Assembly: GCA_963752285.1 (NCBI GenBank)
Contig: CAVVXN010000005.1
Coordinates: 1,312,001 to 1,376,000, forward strand
Reading direction: 5' to 3'
Origin: an uncultured Planctomycetota bacterium
GTDB lineage: Bacteria; Planctomycetota; PLA2; JAEUHO01
DNA length: 64,000 nucleotides
The notes beneath the pieces are model-generated. The model had not been told where the DNA came from. It made no database searches and worked only from the letters and a program-made list of their open reading frames with translations. The stretch's first letter is position 1. Each line of letters starts with the position of its first letter. A program made the position numbers and the translations under genes. Positions 48,251 through 56,163 of the stretch are shown in pieces.

Positions 48251-49595
48251 GTCGGAACTCCGATCGGTCGCGGCGGATGAAAACGGGCAACTCCACCCGG
48301 AAGCAGGCACCGCCCCCGGCCGCGGTCTCGTAGCGGATGGTGCCTCGGAGGGACTTCGTGATCTCGCTCACCAAATGGAGCCCCAGGCCGGTCCCATGGC
48401 CTGGATCCTTCGTCGTGAAGAAGGGCTCGAAGACCCGCTGGCGGATCTCCTCCGGGATGCCCGGTCCCGTGTCCTCGACGACGAAGGCGATGTGGAAGGC
48501 GTCGGCGTCCTCGGCACGGACCTGGAGGACGCCCTCCTTCTGTCCGTCCATCGCGTCGAGCGCGTTCGACGCGAGGTTCAAGAGCACCTGGAGCACGCGC
48601 CCGGGGTCCGCCAGGATCAGACGCCGCGTCTTGGCCTCGGAGCGGAACACCAACGGCGGCCGGACGCGCGTCTTGAGGATCCGCGCGGCGCCCTCGATGG
48701 CCTCGAGCGGGTCCACGGGGAGCGGCACCGCGCGACCGCCCCGCGCCATCGTGGTGAGGTCCTTCACGACGCGCATGAGCTGGCGGCACGCAAGGCTGCA
48801 GTCGTCGAAGACCTCCTGCAGCTCCCGGGCCTCTCCCGCGCCGTCCTTGCCCTCGGCGACGGCGCGCTGCATGTCCTCGAGGATCTCGCGCGCCGGCTCG
48901 ATGCTGTTCGCGATGGCCGCCAGCGGGTTCTTCATCTCGTGGGTGATGCCCGCGGAGAGCATGCCGAGGGTCGCGAGGCGGTCGTTCGCGCGCAGCACCT
49001 CGCGCGTGGCCTTCAGCTCCTCGGTGCTGTGCTGCAGCTCGTCGGAGGTGTGGCGCAGCGCCTCCTCGACCTTCGCCTTCCCCTGCGCCTGCGCCCGCGC
49101 CGCGTGGGCGAGGTGGCTCATGAACAGCGCGACGACGAAGAAGAAGGCGAGGTGCGCGAGCGTGCCGAGCGAGAAGAGATCCGACGGTCCCGCCCCCCAC
49201 CGCGTGATCGTCGCGAACGCGACCGAGACGAGGATCGCGTTCACGAGCGCTGTGCCCACCCCCTCCAGGATCGCCGCGAGGAGCACGAGGCTGAGATACG
49301 CCGCGAGGAACCCAGGAACCGGCGCCCCGCGGATCACGACGAGGACGCCGACCGTCACGACGTCGAGCCCGAGGACCAGGCCGAGGAGGGTGCGCGAGCG
49401 CGCCCGGCGCCGCGGCCGCACGAGCGGGACCGAGAGCCCGTACGCGCCGACGAGCAGCCAGTAGAGCGCGCGGTGCCCGGGCGCGGCGCCGAGCCCGAGC
49501 AGAACGAGCCCGACCGCCGTCAGCGCGCGCAGCGCGCCGAGCACGGGACCCGGCTCGCTCGGCGTACGGGGCGTGGGCTCGCCGGCCGCCGTCAC
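48144..49595 (-). CDS. Membrane-bound sensor histidine kinase (NtrB-like transmitter)
   Basis: 5-6 TM segments; H-box AGITHEMKNPL, N-box QVLLNLASNALDA, G1 EDTGPGI, F FEPFFTTK, G2 GTGLGL. Confidence 0.92.
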   Translation of the reverse strand: MTAAGEPTPRTPSEPGPVLGALRALTAVGLVLLGLGAAPGHRALYWLLVGAYGLSVPLVRPRRRARSRTLLGLVLGLDVVTVGVLVVIRGAPVPGFLAAYLSLVLLAAILEGVGTALVNAILVSVAFATITRWGAGPSDLFSLGTLAHLAFFFVVALFMSHLAHAARAQAQGKAKVEEALRHTSDELQHSTEELKATREVLRANDRLATLGMLSAGITHEMKNPLAAIANSIEPAREILEDMQRAVAEGKDGAGEARELQEVFDDCSLACRQLMRVVKDLTTMARGGRAVPLPVDPLEAIEGAARILKTRVRPPLVFRSEAKTRRLILADPGRVLQVLLNLASNALDAMDGQKEGVLQVRAEDADAFHIAFVVEDTGPGIPEEIRQRVFEPFFTTKDPGHGTGLGLHLVSEITKSLRGTIRYETAAGGGACFRVELPVFIRRDRSEFRHEPRPEPRRPEDGADRGRRGDHSPGVAANVPTGAV

Positions 49596-51649
49596 GACAC
49601 CGCCTCCTCGACGGACCGCGTGCCCATCTCGCCGATGCCCGGTGGGAGGTCGATCCGAAGCGTCGAGGTCTCCCCGTCGCGGTCGGCGACCAGGTCGGCC
49701 CCGGCCAGGCGCACCTCGGACGCCAGCTCCTCGACGCCCGGGCACGCCTCGCACTCGCCCTTCCCGGGGGCCCAGATCTCGATCGAAGGGCGCCCGTCGT
49801 GACGACCCACGTCGAGGATGAACGACGCGGCGCCGCACTCGGCCACGTGCGTGAGGAGTCGGAACAGCCACCGGACCAGCTCCCCCGTCGGGATCCCGCA
49901 GGCCACCCGCCCGTGCTCGCGCACGACGGGCGGCGACAGGTCGGGCACGGCGACCGAGAGGTGGCGTACCGCGTCCCGCACCGCGGCGCCGACGTCGGTG
50001 CGTACGGCGGCGAGGCGATGCGTGACGGCCTGACCGAAGAGCGAGCCCACGAGCCCCGCGATGCGTCGCGCGTCGGCGCGGGAGTCGCCCACCGCCTCCC
50101 CGACCTCGGCGAGGTCCTCGGCGTCCACCGGCGTTCCGATCGACCACCGTTCGAGGGACTCGGCGACGAAGTCGAGCGTGGCGATCATCGCGCCGAGAGG
50201 GTTGTTGATCTCGTGCGCGATGCCGGCGGCGAGGCGATGCACGCCCTCTTGCCGCTCGCGGTCGAGCATGCGCCGCTCGCTCTCGAGGGCCGCGCGCTTC
50301 GCGATCTCGAGCTCCTGGGTGCGCATCCGGACCCGACGCTCGAGAGACTCCTTCTCCTCCCGGAGCGCCTCCGTCCGCTCGGCGACCGTCTCTTCGAGCC
50401 GGTGGTTGCCCTCGCGGAGCGCCGTGATCGCCTCCATGCGCGCGACCGCGAGCCCGAGGAACTGGAGCGCGGTGGGAAGCACCCCGCCCACGTCCGGGGG
50501 CAGGCCGACCTGGCGGGGTCCGAGGAGCAGCAGCCAGCCCGTGCGGGGGCCCGCGACGGGGAACGAGATGAAGAGCCCCCGTCCGCCCGCGGCATCGCCC
50601 GGCAGCACCGCGGTGACGCTCTCGTCCACGGGCACGGGCAGGGCGACGGGCGCGCGCTCCTCGAGCTCCCGGGCGACGCGGTCGAGGAGCCGGGAGTCGG
50701 ACTCGACGCCGCGCGTGCCGTGCACCCAGCGCCGACCGTCGCTCCGGGGCAACGCCAGCCAGCCCGTGGTCGCGTCGAGGTTCATCACCAGCCGGACGAG
50801 CAGCCCGCGCGCGAGCGTGGGCACGTCGTCGGCCGCCGCGCACACGGCGCCGATCTCGATCAGGAGACGGCGGAGCGACCGCTCCCGGTCGAGCTCCTTC
50901 AGGTCCGCCTCGCGGACCTTCATCCAGTGGACGACCTCCTTGTCGGAGGCAGGCGCCGGGGCCTCCCACGGGAGCGGCGCGGGGGGATCGGGCTCGACCG
51001 CGGTCTCGGGGCGGAATCGCTGGCCGACCTTCGACGCGTACCGCGCGGCGTCCGGGTCGTCGCGCCCCGGCGGGAGGGCGCGCGACGCCGCGCTGGCGAC
51101 GAGCGTCGGCAGGACTTCGAACACGTCGTCCGCAACGCGCACGCCGACGCAGCCGGTCGGCGCGGGCCCCGCGTCGGCGAGCCAGGGCGGAAGGAGCACC
51201 CCGCCGAGCGGCACGTCGGCCGCGTCCCGCACGAGGACCGCGAGCGGCAGGTCCGAGGCGGGCGGACCGACGTGCGCGAGGTGGCCGACGAGCTCGCGCC
51301 ACGACGCGGCGGCGGCGGAGCGGGCGCCGGGCCCCGCGGGGAGCACGAAGAGCAGGAGATCGGTCTCGGCGAGCAGGCGCCGGCGGAGGTCCTCGAGTCC
51401 GGACGAGTCCCCGGCCGTCAGGCAGTGGAGCCGGAGCTGATGCAGGCCGTGAGGGGGCAGGTCGAGGAAGGCGTACTCGACCTGGCCGGCCGCGTTCGAG
51501 CCCTCCTCGAGGCGGACCCTCCCGCCGCGCGAGGGGGCCTCGCAGGCCGAGTGGATGCGGGCGAGGAGCGCGCTCTTCGCGGAGCCCGGGGGCCCCCAGA
51601 GCACGAGCCTCAAGTGTGCCCGTCCATCACTTGCCTCGACGCGTGCCAT
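49592..51649 (-). CDS. MglA-like degenerate GTPase - GAF - HisKA - degenerate ATPase fusion protein
   Basis: N-terminus colinear with MglA (LVLWGPPGSAKS, LRLHCLT, LLAETDLLLFV); GAF-like middle; LEETVAERT / LERRVRMRT coil; H-box AAGIAHEINNPL; no N, G1 or G2 boxes. Confidence 0.75.
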   Translation of the reverse strand: MARVEASDGRAHLRLVLWGPPGSAKSALLARIHSACEAPSRGGRVRLEEGSNAAGQVEYAFLDLPPHGLHQLRLHCLTAGDSSGLEDLRRRLLAETDLLLFVLPAGPGARSAAAASWRELVGHLAHVGPPASDLPLAVLVRDAADVPLGGVLLPPWLADAGPAPTGCVGVRVADDVFEVLPTLVASAASRALPPGRDDPDAARYASKVGQRFRPETAVEPDPPAPLPWEAPAPASDKEVVHWMKVREADLKELDRERSLRRLLIEIGAVCAAADDVPTLARGLLVRLVMNLDATTGWLALPRSDGRRWVHGTRGVESDSRLLDRVARELEERAPVALPVPVDESVTAVLPGDAAGGRGLFISFPVAGPRTGWLLLLGPRQVGLPPDVGGVLPTALQFLGLAVARMEAITALREGNHRLEETVAERTEALREEKESLERRVRMRTQELEIAKRAALESERRMLDRERQEGVHRLAAGIAHEINNPLGAMIATLDFVAESLERWSIGTPVDAEDLAEVGEAVGDSRADARRIAGLVGSLFGQAVTHRLAAVRTDVGAAVRDAVRHLSVAVPDLSPPVVREHGRVACGIPTGELVRWLFRLLTHVAECGAASFILDVGRHDGRPSIEIWAPGKGECEACPGVEELASEVRLAGADLVADRDGETSTLRIDLPPGIGEMGTRSVEEAVS

Positions 51650-51721
51650 GCGGACCCCGGACGGACCCCGCCCGGTCCGTCGAAGCGCTATCGACCGGGC
51701 CCCCGAGGCGTCCCCATGCCA

Positions 51722-51749
51722 TCTTCAGAAAGCCTGAAGAAACCCTGAA
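51722..51749. promoter_or_regulatory. 11-bp direct repeat overlapping a 7-5-7 inverted repeat upstream of the signalling cluster
   Basis: GAAAGCCTGAA GAAACCCTGAA (51728-51749); TCTTCAG-AAAGC-CTGAAGA (51722-51740); AT-rich patch in GC-rich context. Confidence 0.5.
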
Positions 51750-51756
51750 CGGCGGG

Positions 51757-52953
51757 TCAGGCGAGGGGCGCGAAGCGCGCGAGGAGATAGGCCCCGACCC
51801 GTGCCGGCGTGGCCTCCCGTACCCGGTCCCGCCACGCCCCGAGGTCCACCCGCCCGGGCGGCCCGCCGAGCAGGGGCGAGAGGTGGATGCGGTCGTTCGC
51901 CCCGAGTCCGAGCTGGCCGACGAACGCGGCCGTCCGCTCTCGGTGGCGCGTCTCCACCTCACGCTCCCCGATCCCGACCAGCACCGTCAGCGATACCGCG
52001 ACCCCGGCCGCGCGCATCCCCCCTACCTCGTCCCGCACGCGTGCGAGGTCGCCCTCCTTGCCGAGCGACCGGCGGAGCTGCGGGTCCCCGGTCTCGAGGC
52101 CGATGGCCCCCTCGACGACACCGGCGGCCGCGAGCCTCCGCCACGCCGCGGCGTCCCGCCGCGGCGCGCGGTCCGGGTCGAGGAACGACGCGACGCCGCG
52201 CCGCAGCGCCCCGATGCGCGCCCGCACGCGGTCGAGCCGCCGGAGCAGGCGGTCGTCCCCGATCGAGAGCGCCGACGCGGACCCCAGGAACGCGCCGTCG
52301 CGCTCGGCCAGCGCGGGACCGAACCAGCGGACCACCCGGTCCAGATGCCGCTCGAACGACGCGGTGTCGAGCACCCGGAACGGCCTACCGCGCCACAGCG
52401 CGCAGAACGAGCACCGCGCGTTCGGACAGCCCGTCGCGGGCAGCACCACCACGTCCCGGTACCGGTGCGGGAGCAGCGCCGGCACCGACTCGGGGTACGC
52501 CCGACGGTACAGGGCCTCGTCCTCCGCGAATCGCTCCGCCGTCCACGAACGGGCGGCCTCGAGCCTGCGGAAGAGCGCCGCCCGCGCTCGCGGTCCGCCC
52601 GTAGGCGCGCGCTCCGCGTCGAGCTCGCCGCTCGGGTCGCTCGACTCGACCTCGCCGACCTCGCCGACCTCGCCGACCTCGCCGACCTCGCCGACCTCGC
52701 CGATCTCGCCGATCTCGCCGAGGAACGCCTCCACGCGGCGCCGCACGCGCTCGTGCACGCGGTCGCGCGCGTCGCGCTCGAGACCCGCGCCGCGCGCGAG
52801 ACCCTCGAACACGCGCCCGTCGAGAGCGCGCCGGTACCGCGCGCGCCCCTCGGCGAACGCGGCCCAACGACCGCTGGCGTCGAGGCGGAGGTGGAAACGG
52901 TCTTCCTCCTCCACCACGGCGGCCCAACGCGACACGTTCACGTGGAGAGACAC
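51757..52953 (-). CDS. Radical SAM protein
   Basis: ATGCPNARCSFC cluster motif, FLGSASAL, IGLETGD; candidate own GTG start 8 nt after TACCAT. Confidence 0.82.
   Translation of the reverse strand: MSLHVNVSRWAAVVEEEDRFHLRLDASGRWAAFAEGRARYRRALDGRVFEGLARGAGLERDARDRVHERVRRRVEAFLGEIGEIGEVGEVGEVGEVGEVGEVESSDPSGELDAERAPTGGPRARAALFRRLEAARSWTAERFAEDEALYRRAYPESVPALLPHRYRDVVVLPATGCPNARCSFCALWRGRPFRVLDTASFERHLDRVVRWFGPALAERDGAFLGSASALSIGDDRLLRRLDRVRARIGALRRGVASFLDPDRAPRRDAAAWRRLAAAGVVEGAIGLETGDPQLRRSLGKEGDLARVRDEVGGMRAAGVAVSLTVLVGIGEREVETRHRERTAAFVGQLGLGANDRIHLSPLLGGPPGRVDLGAWRDRVREATPARVGAYLLARFAPLA
52651..52722. repeat. In-frame 9-bp tandem repeat (CTCGCCGAC/T, about 8 copies) encoding E-(I/V)-G units
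   Basis: Five CTCGCCGAC, two CTCGCCGAT and one CTCGCCGAG units inside the radical SAM ORF. Confidence 0.9.
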
Positions 52954-54207
52954 GGCAGACGATGGTAGGCCGGCGCGGCCGCGGGTCCCCACGATGGCCG
53001 CGCCCCGCGTCACGGCGGCGCGCGCGGCCGCCCGGCCTGCCCGGCCTGCCCGCCCGCGCGCCTGCGGCGGGCTCTGGCGCTCCCGCCCTGCGGCGGGCTT
53101 ACCACGCTCCCGCCCTGCGGCGGGCTCGCGCCGCCCTCGCCGCGGCGTCTTCCCGACCGCGCGGAGCAGCCACGCCGGCCGCTCGGGCGGCTCGCGATCC
53201 TCGGGGAGGGGCTTGGGCGCGAGGAACGCGCCCGTCGCCGCGATCACGAACAGCGGTCGCCCGTCCGTGGACCAGCACCGAAGCGCGATCATCCCCAGGT
53301 CGTAGTTCTTGTGGTGGACCACGCAGCCGTCGAAGAGGTCCTTCGCCTCCCGACCGCTCCCGTCCGCGTGCGGCCTCACGTGGCACAGCTCCGCCGCTAC
53401 GCGCGTGCAGAGCCCGACCTCGCACAGGCCTCCCGAACGCCGACGGATCGCCCGGACCACCTCCGCCGGGACCTCCCGGTCCCCGGGGCGCTCTTCGGTC
53501 GGCGGAAGACGCCGCGGCCTGGGCTCCTTCCGCGTCGGGTCCCACCGTGCCCGGTACGCGTACGCGAGCACCGCCAGGAGCTGGCCGTTGTCGATCGCGC
53601 ACTCGGCCTTCTTCTTCGCGATCCTGCGGCACGCCCGCAGGTCGTCCGCGGCGTCGGGTCCCACGTGCGCGACGAAGGTCGTGACGTCGGACTCCGGCGC
53701 GACGTGACGTCGCGCGGCCAGGCGGCGTCCCACGCGACGGCGGAGCGCGCCGACGCGCAAGGACCTGGCGAGGTCGAGCCAGTCGTCGCCCGCCTCGAGG
53801 TAGCGCTCCGGGTCTACGAAGACGTCGCCGAGCAGGATGGCCGCCGCGAAGGAGATCCCGCCCGCGCGGACCTCCTCCTCCAGGCCGGGCAGGCGCTCCA
53901 GGGCGTAGCCGAGCATCAGGAGCTGACGCCCCCGCGCGCCGTCGAACCCGTAGCGCTCGGAGAGCTCCCAGGTCGAGGCGGCGCTCTCCCACACGCAGGA
54001 GCCCTGCTCGTGGAGGCGGACCATCAGCTTCGCGTAGGCGATCTCGGCGTCGCCGAGCGCGCGGCTCCGGGCCCGCAGGAGCGCGATCCCCTCGGGGTCC
54101 TTCTCTCCGCGGAGGGTGCGCCGGTCGATGCGCCGCTCGGAGATCCCGCCCTCGGAGGGGCGGCGCTCGGGGTCGCTTCGTTCGTGGAGTTCGCGTTCCG
54201 ACAGCAC
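52954..54207 (-). CDS. DUF222-like / HNH endonuclease domain protein with no stop codon before the radical SAM gene
   Basis: REVPAEVVRAIRRRSGGLCEVGLC..ELCHVRP..DLFDGCVVHH HNH-like zinc/nuclease pattern; helical N-terminus; GTG start 7 nt after TATCGT. Confidence 0.7.
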
Positions 54208-54316
54208 GAACGAAACGATAACGAATGGGGGGGACAGTCCCGGAGAGCCCGGAAATCAGGGGTCCGAGCCGGGCCGAGGTGACCGCGACGTGATCCCGCC
54301 GCGCGACGCTCCCCCC

Positions 54317-55948
54317 GTGACCCGCCCCCTCCTCCTCGCAACCGCCGCCGCGGCCCTCGCCCTCCTGGTCGCGATCGGTGTCGGGCGGCCGGGTCCCGCG
54401 ACGCTCGACGCCGCGCCGATCCCGTCCGCGCGGCCCGTGGCCCTCCCCGCTCCGAGCGACGGCCCGATGTTGCTGGGCCGGGCGACGCCCGCGCCGGCGG
54501 CGACGTCGGCCGATCCGTGGGTGGAGGACGGCGGCGTTTCTCGCAGAGACGCGTGGGTCCCCGCGTCGCCGCCTCCTCCGGTCCCCCAGGTGTTCCGGCA
54601 CGGCCCGACGTTCGTGGCGCGCGTGTCGGACGACGACGTCTCGGACGCGAGATCGGCGTGGCAGGTCCCCCTCGACGACGACGCGCACCAGCTCGTCGCC
54701 TACGACCTCGCCTCGCTCCGCCCCACCGTGGACGGACTCGACCCGCCCACGCCCGACGTCCCGACGCGGTGGTGGCGGCGGTTGGTCGAAGACGTGGCGG
54801 ACGCGGTCGGACGCGATCGGTGGACCGACGCCGACACGCTCCTCGCGTTCGACGCCGATCGCAACACGCTGTTCGTGCGCCAGGACGAGGACGGGCGGGA
54901 ACGCGTGGAGGCCGTGCTCGCCGTACGGGCCGCGGGACGGCTGTCGTTCGTGCCGCTGCACGTCGAGCTCGAGCCCGCGGACGGCACGCCACCCCAGTCC
55001 GTGGACGTGGACGTCCCCTGGGGCTCGATCGTCGAGGCGAAGCGCTCGACGGCCTGGCCGTACCTCGAGGACTACGACCTCGACGTCAGCCAGTGCGGCT
55101 GCCAGCTGTCGGATCCGATCCTCGGCGCGCTGGACATCGGCGTGGTCGTGCGCGCCTGCCGGATCGAAGAGACCGACGACGAACCCCGCCTCCAGGCGGA
55201 GATCCTGTACGCGACCGGCGAGCCTCGATCCGAACGCTTCCGCACGAGCCTCGCGGGCTGCTACGTGCCCATCGAGATCGAGCTCCCGACCGTCCCCCAC
55301 CAAGAGCACGCGCGCGTGGCGGTGCGCCGCGGTCGTCGAAGCCTGCGTCTCGAGGACGGCAGCACGGTGACGCTGACGGCCGGGCGGGAGCGAGCGGGCC
55401 CGGACGCGTCGCCCGTCGGCACGAGGTCGTTTCCCGCCGCGGACGCGCCAACCCGCCCGGCACGCGGCCCACGCGCCTTCCGGGTCGTGTGGGAGGACGA
55501 CGCGTTCGTCCCGTCGTGCGCGGCCGACCTCGTGCTGCGAGGGTCGGACGACGCGACGGCGTCCTCCGCGTTCCAGGGCTACACGATCGCCTCGCCGAAC
55601 GAGATCGCATCGCGCGCGGGGGCACCCGACGGCGACGCGTCCGCGCCGCGCCTGGGTCTCACGATCACGACCCGCGCGCTCTCCCTCGCAGGGGGGCACC
55701 TGCTGGATCTCGCGCTCGTCCGCGCCGAGGCGACCGGCGTCTCGCGGTCCGTGGAGGCCCTGTTGCCGGGGATCGAGTACGGCGCGGAGACGACGAGGAC
55801 GCTCCACCTGGCCGTGCGGGGTGTGCGCGAGGACCACCGCCAGGTGTGGGTCCCCGAGGGCGGATCGGCGCACGTCGAGGTCCGCGATCCCGACGGCCCC
55901 TCGTACTCCGTCACGTTCGTTCGCGAGGAGCCGCCGGTGCCGCGCTGA
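54317..55948 (+). CDS. Secretin-like (type II/III secretion-related) exported protein, divergent
   Basis: N-terminal signal; VAYDLASL and NTLFVRQDEDGRERVEAVL (N/NolW-like); YLEDYDLDV..DPILG..GVVVR and IELPTV resemble planctomycete secretin-like proteins. Confidence 0.5.
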   Translation: MTRPLLLATAAAALALLVAIGVGRPGPATLDAAPIPSARPVALPAPSDGPMLLGRATPAPAATSADPWVEDGGVSRRDAWVPASPPPPVPQVFRHGPTFVARVSDDDVSDARSAWQVPLDDDAHQLVAYDLASLRPTVDGLDPPTPDVPTRWWRRLVEDVADAVGRDRWTDADTLLAFDADRNTLFVRQDEDGRERVEAVLAVRAAGRLSFVPLHVELEPADGTPPQSVDVDVPWGSIVEAKRSTAWPYLEDYDLDVSQCGCQLSDPILGALDIGVVVRACRIEETDDEPRLQAEILYATGEPRSERFRTSLAGCYVPIEIELPTVPHQEHARVAVRRGRRSLRLEDGSTVTLTAGRERAGPDASPVGTRSFPAADAPTRPARGPRAFRVVWEDDAFVPSCAADLVLRGSDDATASSAFQGYTIASPNEIASRAGAPDGDASAPRLGLTITTRALSLAGGHLLDLALVRAEATGVSRSVEALLPGIEYGAETTRTLHLAVRGVREDHRQVWVPEGGSAHVEVRDPDGPSYSVTFVREEPPVPR

Positions 55949-55965
55949 GCACGGCCGCATCGGGT

Positions 55966-55994
55966 GACGACTTGAGAACCGTTCTCACGTCGTC
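55966..55994. promoter_or_regulatory. Fur-family-like 7-1-7 palindrome upstream of asnA
   Basis: TGAGAAC-C-GTTCTCA at 55973-55987, extended by GACGAC/GTCGTC arms. Confidence 0.5.
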
Positions 55995-56163
55995 GCGCGC
56001 GTCGTCCACTGCCGCACCGCGCGCGCTTGATCGCGCGACGCGAGGTCCACGCTCCCGCGCGAAAGGAGGGCCCGGAGACGCCAGCGGTAGACTCCGCCGG
56101 ATCGGGATCGACGGCGCGCACCGTTCGCGCGTCGCGAGTCGTCCCCGTTGGAGCATCGACGCC

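Noticed and set aside
52651..53130. CRISPR array
   Set aside because: Repeats are 9-20 bp, tandem or nearly so, with no unique spacers and no cas genes
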